A stretch of DNA of 33,234 bases, taken from positions 1-33,234 of the forward strand of contig JBGPYK010000001.1 of NCBI GenBank assembly GCA_041493245.1. Direction: 5' to 3'. The notes under the pieces were generated by a model, which saw only the letters and a list, made by a program, of their open reading frames with translations, was not told where the DNA came from and ran no database searches. This document shows, piece after piece, positions 9,056 through 16,509 of the stretch. The position numbers and the translations under genes are program-made. This stretch comes from Candidatus Methylomirabilia bacterium. Its GTDB lineage: Bacteria > Methylomirabilota > Methylomirabilia > Rokubacteriales > CSP1-6. Numbering within the stretch: the stretch's first letter is position 1; each line of letters begins with the position of its first letter.

Positions 9056-10623
9056 AGGCGGAATCCGCCGAGGTAGGTGACTCCGCGGATCCCCGCGAGA
9101 TCCCGCGGCGTGCTGATCACGTCGTTGAGATACTCGACCAAGAACACCATCGCGACACCGATCAGCAGTCCCGCCGGGAAGCTCAGCGCCACGATGAACA
9201 GCTTGCGCGGATAGACCGCTTCGATCGCCCGCACGGGCGGGCTCAGCACGGAGATGTTCGCGATCCGACGTCGGTCGAGCTCCTCCACGATGAGGCTCTC
9301 CTCCATCCGCTTGACGTAGGTGAGATAGCTCTCCTCGGCGATCTGTCGCTCACGCTCCAGGTCCCTGATCTGCCGCTCGCCCTCATTGATCTGCCGGAGC
9401 TGCTCCTCGATCTCTCGCACACGCGCGCCCCGCTGCGGCCGGCTCGACTCGAGTCCCGCGATCTGCACTCCCGCCTCCTCGATGCTCTGCATGAAGCTCG
9501 CCTTCACCGGGTTCGCCTGGTACGTGATCGCGCCCACCAGCGTCGAGTCCTCGTTGGCCAACAGTTCGGTCAGTGCGACGATCTCCCGTTCGACGTTCCG
9601 GATCACCTGCGATTCCGGCAAGTAGTGGGTCGAGAGCTTGGCGCGCTCCTGCTGCAGCAGAACGAGTCGATCCTTCCGCGCCTGTACGGACGGGTTGGGA
9701 GTGATACTCTGTGACTGCCGTAGCTCGTCGGGTAGGGCGGCCAGTCGGCCCCGCATGAGCGCCTGCTGCGCCTGCAATGCGACCCTCTTCGCCTCGTTCG
9801 CATCGATCTCGTTCCTCACCGTGTCGAGCTGCTTCAGGAGCATCGTGCGCTGTTCGGCGGTCGACACGAGGTTGAACCTCGCCTTGATCTCTTCCCTTGC
9901 GGCGTCGATCTGCTCGACAAGGCGCTTCCGCGCGGCTACCTGGCGGCTGAAGACGCCTCTGATTTCCACATCGCGGCGCACCTCGATGTGCCGGTCCAAG
10001 TACAGATCCAGGAGCAGGCTCAGGATCCGGACGGACAGATCCGGATCGCCGAACTGGAGCCTCACGGTGATGACATCCGAGTCTCGCTCCGCCTCGACCC
10101 GCAGCGCTCCCTCGATGCCGAGGATGAGCCGCTCGCGATCGCTCAGTCGCTTCTGCAGTCCCGTCGCGACCAAGAGCGCCGCCAACCGTTCCCGCGTCCA
10201 TCCCACGCCGGCGCGAACGTAGTGTGTGATCTTCTGCGGAAGCGTCTGCGGCTCGACCATCGGCATCCGAAACGCGTCCGAGCCGATTTGGTCCACCACC
10301 TCCGTCACCAGGCTCCGCGCCGACAGCAGCTGGATCTCCGAATTCAGCTCCTCCTTGCGGACACCCCCACTCAGGACCGCCCCCTTCTGAACGGTGACCG
10401 GCACCTCGGTGTTCTCGCGACCCAATTTCACCAGAACGCTGGCCTTCGTCTCGTACACCTCTCGCAAGACGAACTGCACCGTGACGTAAGCGCTTAACAC
10501 GGTGGCTGTTACCACCACCGCCAACAGCGCCCGGTACTTCACGAGAGCCGCCTTCCACGCCTCTAGGTCGTCCTCGCCCGCGCCTTTCTGCAGCTCCACC
10601 TCGTCCGTCTCCGCCGCACCCAT
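9052..10623 (-). CDS. Polysaccharide co-polymerase (Wzz/GumC-type chain-length determinant) without a kinase domain
   Basis: N-terminal TM (LLAVVVTATVLSAYVTVQFVL) followed by YETKASVLV (Wzz motif). Long coiled-coil periplasmic region and a C-terminal TM (LFIVALSFPAGLLIGVAMVFLVEYL). AGGAG SD lies 7 nt before ATG 10623. Confidence 0.85.
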   Translation of the reverse strand: MGAAETDEVELQKGAGEDDLEAWKAALVKYRALLAVVVTATVLSAYVTVQFVLREVYETKASVLVKLGRENTEVPVTVQKGAVLSGGVRKEELNSEIQLLSARSLVTEVVDQIGSDAFRMPMVEPQTLPQKITHYVRAGVGWTRERLAALLVATGLQKRLSDRERLILGIEGALRVEAERDSDVITVRLQFGDPDLSVRILSLLLDLYLDRHIEVRRDVEIRGVFSRQVAARKRLVEQIDAAREEIKARFNLVSTAEQRTMLLKQLDTVRNEIDANEAKRVALQAQQALMRGRLAALPDELRQSQSITPNPSVQARKDRLVLLQQERAKLSTHYLPESQVIRNVEREIVALTELLANEDSTLVGAITYQANPVKASFMQSIEEAGVQIAGLESSRPQRGARVREIEEQLRQINEGERQIRDLERERQIAEESYLTYVKRMEESLIVEELDRRRIANISVLSPPVRAIEAVYPRKLFIVALSFPAGLLIGVAMVFLVEYLNDVISTPRDLAGIRGVTYLGGFRL

Positions 10624-10707
10624 CCCTCTACTCCTGCTCCGCGTCGCCGTCAGGCGGACGGCTACCGCGCCAGCGCTCGCTCGCTCCGCCAGGACCTCTC
10701 TCCTCGT

Positions 10708-11433
10708 TCAGGCCACCCTCTCCGTCGTCAGCCGATACGCGCCGATCCGCACGCTCCTGAGCGTCATGTCCATCGTCAGCGGCAACGACATCTCCCGCAC
10801 GCTCATCGGCTCGACCGCCGGGCTCGTTAGCCGCGCCATTTCGAGCATGGACAGCCGCCGGTCTCCGGCGATGTGCACCGTCCCCGTCAGCCGGCTCACT
10901 GTCGCGTCGCGGATCGCCTCCGCGACCTGATCCGCGTACAGATACGTTCCGAAGCGATCGACGAACGCCCGCGTGTATGGCCACGGCTCCCTCGCTGCGA
11001 AGTTCGTGCGCACGACGAGGTGGCACGGCAGACGCCGCGCCACATACTCCCCGACCAGCTTCGTTAGCCCGTAGAAGTTCTTCGGGTGGGGGACGTCCTC
11101 CTCCGTGTAGTCTCCGCGGTCCCCGAAGAACACGCACGCCGTGCTCACGTACACGAAGTAGCACTCGACGCCCGCCGCTTGGATCGCCTCCACCAGGCGC
11201 TCCGTGCCTCCCACGTTCGTCTTCCAGCACAACGGCTTCTCGTCCTCCGCGCCCCGGACGCTCGTGTACGCCGCCGCGTGCACCACCATTCGAGGGCGGC
11301 GCTCTGCGACGAACCGCTCCACCGCGGCCGCGTCCAGCAAGTCGAACTCCCGCCGACTAGGTGCCACGGCGTGCGGGAAGACCCCGCGTAGCGCCCGGCC
11401 CAGCTTCCCCGACCCGCCGGTCACGAGCAGCAT
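10708..11433 (-). CDS. RmlD-like (dTDP-4-dehydrorhamnose reductase family) SDR reductase, short form
   Basis: MLLVTGGSGKLG, VVHAAAYTSV, catalytic NFYGLTKLVGE. ATG 11433 lies 2 nt after the upstream TAG (11436-11438); the track ORF extension to 11652 was rejected. Confidence 0.8.
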   Translation of the reverse strand: MLLVTGGSGKLGRALRGVFPHAVAPSRREFDLLDAAAVERFVAERRPRMVVHAAAYTSVRGAEDEKPLCWKTNVGGTERLVEAIQAAGVECYFVYVSTACVFFGDRGDYTEEDVPHPKNFYGLTKLVGEYVARRLPCHLVVRTNFAAREPWPYTRAFVDRFGTYLYADQVAEAIRDATVSRLTGTVHIAGDRRLSMLEMARLTSPAVEPMSVREMSLPLTMDMTLRSVRIGAYRLTTERVA

Positions 11434-11435
11434 CG

Positions 11436-12500
11436 CTAGTGGAACATCGCCTTTCCCTTCCGAAAGAACAGCGGGGCGGACGGCAGCGCCACGCTGCGCG
11501 ACAGGAAACCCTCCTCCCGCAGCAGCGCCTCCATCTCCTCCCGGGAGAACTGCAGGGCGTTGTCTGAATCGTACTCGTTGAAGTCCACGCGCCGAGCGCG
11601 CTCGTACCGCCGGCGCAGCGACGGCGCGGGGAAGAAGGGCAGGATCACCCACATTTCCCGCAGCTCCCGCGCCCGCTCCGCCTCGTTGCGCGAGATCAGC
11701 AGCTCGCGGAACTTTTCCCCTGGCCGCACGTCGATCCGCTCGATGCGGGTGTCCGCATCCCCGAGGTTGTCGATCATGATGCGGACCAGCAGGTCGAGCG
11801 TCGCCGCCTTCATCTTCGGGATGAAGGTCTCGCCCCCGATCCCCGTCATCAGCGTCCGCAGCGCGCGCCGCACGACCTCCTCCTTGCTCGTGAAGAAGCG
11901 CGTCATCTTCGGGTTCGTCAGCGTGACTCTGTTGCTGTGGACCAGCTGCTGCTGGAACACCGGGATCACGCTTCCGGCCGAGCCCATCACGTTTCCGGCC
12001 CGATACACGATGAAGCGTGTCCGTCCTTCATCCTGATTGGCCGCGATCATGAGGCGCTCGGCCGCTAGCTTTGAGATTCCGTAGAAGTTCATCGGATCCA
12101 CGGCCTTGTCCGACGAGACGAACAGGACTCGCGCGACCCCGTTCATACGGGCCGCGTCGATCACGTGCTGGCTTCCGATCGTGTTCGTCTGCAGCGCCTC
12201 CCACAAGTGCTCCTCGACGACCGGCACGTGCTTCAGCGCGGCCAAATGGATGATGCAGTCGACATTCTTTGTCGCATCGCGGAGGCGATCCTTGTCCCGC
12301 ACGTCACCGATGATGAACTTCGGGCGAGGATCGTGCTGGAACGCGCGCCGCATCTCGACTTGGTGATACTCGCCTCGCGAGTAGATGCGGACCTCCCGGG
12401 CCCGGGTCTCTGTCAGGATCTGGTACGTGAACTCGCGGCCCCACGAGCCTGTGCCGCCAGTGATCAGGACCGTCTTCCCGTCCAGGTTGAACGCCATCAT
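11436..12500 (-). CDS. CapD/FnlA/PseB-family UDP-N-acetylglucosamine 4,6-dehydratase (Polysacc_synt_2)
   Basis: VLITGGTGSWG, IIHLAALKHVP, SSDKAVDPMNFYGISKLAAE and RAGNVMGSAGSVIPVF are hallmark motifs of this family. ATGATG at 12500 with GGAG SD 4 nt upstream. Confidence 0.85.
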   Translation of the reverse strand: MMAFNLDGKTVLITGGTGSWGREFTYQILTETRAREVRIYSRGEYHQVEMRRAFQHDPRPKFIIGDVRDKDRLRDATKNVDCIIHLAALKHVPVVEEHLWEALQTNTIGSQHVIDAARMNGVARVLFVSSDKAVDPMNFYGISKLAAERLMIAANQDEGRTRFIVYRAGNVMGSAGSVIPVFQQQLVHSNRVTLTNPKMTRFFTSKEEVVRRALRTLMTGIGGETFIPKMKAATLDLLVRIMIDNLGDADTRIERIDVRPGEKFRELLISRNEAERARELREMWVILPFFPAPSLRRRYERARRVDFNEYDSDNALQFSREEMEALLREEGFLSRSVALPSAPLFFRKGKAMFH

Positions 12501-12538
12501 CGGCTCCGTTCTGTCACGCCGTCGGGATCTGGAGGATG

Positions 12539-13357
12539 CTACACACTGCGCACGCCCCTCGTCGCGAGGTGGCGCAGGATCGCGATCGTCATGGCACGCA
12601 CCTCTGGACGCGCGAGCTCGTACTCGTGGGTCAAGAGCACCACCCATCGCTTTCGGCTCAGAAGGGCGTCCAGCACCGCGCCGAGCCGCTCCGGGCCGAC
12701 TCCCTCCTGCACCAGGCCCTCCACGCGCAGATCCGAGCGGATCAGCCTGAGGCCCTCGTACTCAACGGTGCCCTCTGCCTGGAGTCGCTCCCGCGCTTCC
12801 TTCGGGAGACGGTACGCCACCGCGTCCTTGTCGGTCGTGAATAGGGCGTCGACGCCTCTCTTCCGGAAGTATTCGGCGAGCTCGACCGACTCCGAAAAGC
12901 AGTGGAGACGCAACCATCGGCTCGTCCGGTGATCGCCGGCGAAGCGCTCGATCTCCCGGTAGACCGCATCGAAGGTCTCTCTCTGTCCGGCAGGGCTCTG
13001 GAGGTACGGCGGGGTGTCGACGTCCAAACCGTGGGGCGCGAGCCGCAGCCAGGGACTGTCGGCAAAGGCCGGTTTCATTGCGTCGGACACTTCTCGCAGC
13101 GTGCGCGTCCCCTGCGCCCCGCTCTTGCGATAGAACACGTAGAGATCCATCAGGGCGCCGAACTCTTCGTGGAGGCCCTTCAGGAATCCGAACAGGGGCT
13201 GCTCGAAGAGCTTCCCGCGGGCATCCGACGCCTCGATAAGCGCATCGAAGACGTCGTCGACGGAGAAGTGGTAGAACGCGGCACCCGTGGGCCGGACGGG
13301 CACCTCCGGGACCCCCAGCACCAGCGGTGCGGCCATCGGTCGGCTCGAGACTCGCAT
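12539..13357 (-). CDS. Hypothetical protein; alternating strand/helix pattern suggests a beta/alpha barrel, possibly deacetylase-like
   Basis: 272-aa ORF packed 6 nt after the upstream stop. Strand-end residues are FYHFSVDDV, LAPHGLD, LRLHCFS, ALFTTD, VLLTHEYE. The function assignment is weak inference only. Confidence 0.6.
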   Translation of the reverse strand: MRVSSRPMAAPLVLGVPEVPVRPTGAAFYHFSVDDVFDALIEASDARGKLFEQPLFGFLKGLHEEFGALMDLYVFYRKSGAQGTRTLREVSDAMKPAFADSPWLRLAPHGLDVDTPPYLQSPAGQRETFDAVYREIERFAGDHRTSRWLRLHCFSESVELAEYFRKRGVDALFTTDKDAVAYRLPKEARERLQAEGTVEYEGLRLIRSDLRVEGLVQEGVGPERLGAVLDALLSRKRWVVLLTHEYELARPEVRAMTIAILRHLATRGVRSV

Positions 13358-13363
13358 GCGCCC

Positions 13364-14269
13364 TTACAGCGCCCCGGAGCCCTTGATCATCGCCATTACA
13401 GTCTTCAAGAGCAGGCGGACATCAGTCCAGCGGGACCGCCGCAAGACGTAGTCGACGTCCTGCCTCACAGTCTCCGGGAAGTTCAGGAGGCCGCGGCCAC
13501 TCACCTGGGCCTGGCCCGTGATCCCGGGCTTGACCTTGAACTTCAACCGCTCCCACGTCCGGTAGTACCGCGCCATTTCGACCATCTCGGGACGAGGGCC
13601 GACCAGCGCGATGTCTCCCTTCAAGACGTTCCAGAAGTTAGGCAGTTCGTCCAGACTCGTCCGCCGCAGAAACCGGCCGAGCCGAGACACTCGCGGGTCC
13701 TCTGGGATCTGGAGGTACAGTGACGATAGGGCCTCCTCCTTCCCCTCGAAGGCGAACAGTTGCGGATAGCGCTGACGGCTGTCGTTCCGCATGGTTCGAA
13801 ACTTCCAGAAAACGAAGGGGCGCCCGGGCAGGTCCTGCGCTCGCCGCTCGCTCCGTCGTCGCTCTCGGCCCGCGTGCCCGCCGCTCGCACGACGGCGCCG
13901 GCGATCGCTCCTCCGCCGTCGGTCCTGTCCGATTCGCATCTGCCGGAAGATGACGGGGCCGGGCGACTCCAGGCGGATCAGCACTGCGATGACCAGCATG
14001 AGCGGAAGCGACAGGACAAGGAGCACGCCCGCGATGATCCGGCCCAGTGCAGTCGGCAGTCCCGGTTGGATCTCCACGGCGTCGCGATCCAACCTGTGGT
14101 CCCAGTCCGGGATCCGGGCCCGGTCGTCGCGGAGCTCGGTCGCGCGCACCAGGGACCCGACCGCGCGTCCATCGGACCTCTGCCCGCCGTTGTGCCCGTT
14201 CAGCGCCGCCGCCCGTCCACTCCCCTCACTGAGGCGTCCGACCGCGCGTCCACCGCCCTCCTGCTCCAC
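13364..14269 (-). CDS. Priming phosphoglycosyl transferase (bacterial sugar transferase, PglC/WbaP C-terminal type) with Arg-rich insertion
   Basis: Single hydrophobic helix (IIAGVLLVLSLPLMLVIAVLI), then PGPVIFRQMRIG ... FWKFRTM ... DELPNFWNVLKGDIALVGPRP ... KPGITG. The GTG 14269 start was chosen for the GGGAG SD 7 nt upstream and because it lies 13 nt after the rSAM stop. The track start 14341 would overlap the rSAM gene. Confidence 0.85.
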   Translation of the reverse strand: MEQEGGGRAVGRLSEGSGRAAALNGHNGGQRSDGRAVGSLVRATELRDDRARIPDWDHRLDRDAVEIQPGLPTALGRIIAGVLLVLSLPLMLVIAVLIRLESPGPVIFRQMRIGQDRRRRSDRRRRRASGGHAGRERRRSERRAQDLPGRPFVFWKFRTMRNDSRQRYPQLFAFEGKEEALSSLYLQIPEDPRVSRLGRFLRRTSLDELPNFWNVLKGDIALVGPRPEMVEMARYYRTWERLKFKVKPGITGQAQVSGRGLLNFPETVRQDVDYVLRRSRWTDVRLLLKTVMAMIKGSGAL

Positions 14270-14282
14270 CGACGGGCTCCCT

Positions 14283-15383
14283 CTACCCGTGAATGGTGAG
14301 CGGCGGACCGCCGTTCGGTAGGCGATGCTCGAAGATGTCACAGCGATCGCAGATCGTACCCACGGTCGGCTTCCCGCGGGCCGAGAACAACGCCCGCGCC
14401 GATCTGAACTTCTCGTTGTTCCAGAGTTCCTCGTGATCTTGCGTGAGGCTATCTCCGAAGTCGTTCTTCTCCCCGTACACGATGCAGCAGGGTGACACCC
14501 GCCCGTCGGGGTTCACGGTGAGCGAGCGGTAGAGGTAGAAACACGCCGACTTCCGGGGCTTCTGGAGGAACTGGTACTGGCCGGTGTCCACCCGGGAGGC
14601 GGCGGCGCCGAACTCCGGGTACCACTCGCGCCGCAGCTTCGCCTTGTTCTCCGCCTCCATCGGCAGCCCGACCGGGATGAAGCGCAGGAGGTCCACCCCG
14701 ATCTCCTTGGCCAGCCTTCTCGCCTCGTCCACCTGATGGATGTTGTGCTTCATCACGATGAACTGCCACTCAATGAACGGCGTCTTCCGTCCGAGGCTCT
14801 GTCGCCGCTCGATCAACTGCCGCAGGTTGTCCAGGACGAGCTTCAAGTCGCCCTGCCGGCGGTAGTGGGCGTACACCTCCTGCGTGGTGCCGTCCAGCGA
14901 CACCGTCAAGTACTCGAGGCCCGACCGGGCCAGGTTGTCGATGTCCGTTTCCCGTACCGTGTTGAGGTTCGAGCTCATCGCCGGCAGGAGGTTCTTGCTG
15001 GCCGCGTACTCGATCATCCGGAAGATGTCCTTGTTGAGAAGGGGCTCCCCCCAATTGTAGAGGTTGACCTCGTACGCGTAGGGGGCGTAGCGGTCGATGA
15101 TACCCGTGAAGCAGTCGTACTTCAGCATGCCCGCGCGGCGACCGAGGTCACCCGTCCCTGTGGGGCAGAGAGGGCAGCGGAGATTGCAGACGTTGGTGGG
15201 ATCGACGAACAGGATGTACGGGTGCCCGCGCACGACCTCTCGCCTCAGCAGCCATTCGGCCTCAACGCGCAGGAGGTTCGTGACCTTCCGCCACGTGCTG
15301 TGCACGAGCAGGCTCCGGAGGTGCTTCGCGTGCCTGCGGTATTGCGGAACCTTTTCCAGCTGTCGGCGGAGGCGCCGTGTCAT
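14283..15383 (-). CDS. Radical SAM enzyme with reduced SPASM/Twitch-like C-terminal Cys motif
   Basis: CNLRCPLCP (CxxxCxxC) about 65 aa in. C-terminal C-x17-CC ... ELWNNEKF ... CDRC. ATG 15383 is preferred (GAGGA SD 7 nt upstream); GTG 15473 and ATG 15407 are alternatives. Confidence 0.85.
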   Translation of the reverse strand: MTRRLRRQLEKVPQYRRHAKHLRSLLVHSTWRKVTNLLRVEAEWLLRREVVRGHPYILFVDPTNVCNLRCPLCPTGTGDLGRRAGMLKYDCFTGIIDRYAPYAYEVNLYNWGEPLLNKDIFRMIEYAASKNLLPAMSSNLNTVRETDIDNLARSGLEYLTVSLDGTTQEVYAHYRRQGDLKLVLDNLRQLIERRQSLGRKTPFIEWQFIVMKHNIHQVDEARRLAKEIGVDLLRFIPVGLPMEAENKAKLRREWYPEFGAAASRVDTGQYQFLQKPRKSACFYLYRSLTVNPDGRVSPCCIVYGEKNDFGDSLTQDHEELWNNEKFRSARALFSARGKPTVGTICDRCDIFEHRLPNGGPPLTIHG

Positions 15384-15475
15384 GCCCGTATCCTCACTCG
15401 GGGCCATCCGGCTCGGGGAGCTGTGCGCTGGCGGCGACACTCCCTCCGCCTCCTGCGGCCCGGGTCGGCGCACGG

Positions 15476-16255
15476 CTACTGCGTCAGCCTCACGCCGTTG
15501 AGCTGGTACACGTAGCTGAACCCCATGAGCCGTGAGATCGGAGTCAGGATGATCTTGTCCAAGTACTGGTCCACGAAGTCGCCGACCTTCGCCACGGTGC
15601 TCTTCGGCACGTAGACGACGTCGAACGGCTGGAGGGTGACCTCCGCGCCGTTCCCAGGCTGCTCGACCAGCTTCTTGACGTCGACGAAGAGCACGGCCGG
15701 CACCTCGGCGCCGGCATTGCGGATGATCGCCACGTTACGGGGCTCCGCCGAAGCCTTTAGCCACCCGACCTGGATCAGCGCCTGGAGAAGCGTCGGGGGG
15801 GCGTCGAACGAGACCAGGCCCGGACTGTTGACTTCCCCCCCGACGTAGGCCTTCTGGCCGGAGAACTTCCGGACGAGCACCGAGATCTCGGGGTTCCTCA
15901 GGGTCCCCGCGTACCGCTCGCGGAGCATCCGGGCCAACTGCTCCGCCGTCAGGCCGGCAGCGTCGACCTCTCCGATCAGCTGCAGGGCGATCCGTCCATC
16001 GGGACGGACGGTCACGCTCTCGTTCAACTCCGTGGTGTGGAAGAACTTGACGTCCAGCGCATCGCCCCGCTGGAGGCGGTACTCCGCGCCCTCTGCACTT
16101 CCCGGGGTCCCCGGGCGCTTCGCATCGGCGGCCGGGCGTCCCACCTGCTCGGGCAGGGACGCGGTCGCGCAGCCGGCAGCGAGCAGGATCGCGCCGGCCA
16201 AGCGCCAGCCGCGTCCGACCCAGACACCCACGGGCGAGAGCGCTGTGTTAGTCAT
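15476..16255 (-). CDS. wza: Outer-membrane polysaccharide export (OPX/Wza-family) lipoprotein, short form
   Basis: Lipobox-like LLAAGC. Poly_export motif (YRLQRGDALDVKFF...VRPDGRIALQLIGEVDAAGLT) and one SLBB-like domain. Start is ATG 16255 or ATG 16291. Confidence 0.85.
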   Translation of the reverse strand: MTNTALSPVGVWVGRGWRLAGAILLAAGCATASLPEQVGRPAADAKRPGTPGSAEGAEYRLQRGDALDVKFFHTTELNESVTVRPDGRIALQLIGEVDAAGLTAEQLARMLRERYAGTLRNPEISVLVRKFSGQKAYVGGEVNSPGLVSFDAPPTLLQALIQVGWLKASAEPRNVAIIRNAGAEVPAVLFVDVKKLVEQPGNGAEVTLQPFDVVYVPKSTVAKVGDFVDQYLDKIILTPISRLMGFSYVYQLNGVRLTQ

Positions 16256-16291
16256 CAGTAGCTTGACTTTGTGCCGCACATATCGCGCCAT

Positions 16292-16509
16292 ATCGAAGTA
16301 TGAGATCCGTACAATTCTGTCGCTCCGGACAATCCCGTCATTATTGATGATTCACCCGACGGTCTCGAGGGTGCGCGGATCCGCCTCGGGAGGCGCCGAT
16401 AGAAAAACTTCACACCCTAGCGCGAAGTTGTGCACCGTCGTTCACAGGCCATCATGTGATGAGCACCGTGGCAGGCCCCTGGCTCCAACCGGGATCGCGG
16501 CGACTCGGA
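16292..16509 (-). promoter_or_regulatory. Likely promoter/leader region of operon A
   Basis: 218-nt non-coding gap that is visibly less GC-rich than the flanks. It lies upstream of the first gene of a 15-kb same-strand gene train and contains the direct repeat ACAATTCTGTC / ACAATCCCGTC (16311-16321, 16329-16339). No confident -35/-10 assignment. Confidence 0.4.

Noticed and set aside
14283-16509. RiPP or peptide-maturase interpretation of the radical SAM/SPASM-like gene
   Set aside because: No short Cys- or Gly-rich precursor-like ORF with an SD, and no peptidase or ABC exporter, lies next to it. Its neighbours are an OPX exporter and a sugar-phosphate transferase.
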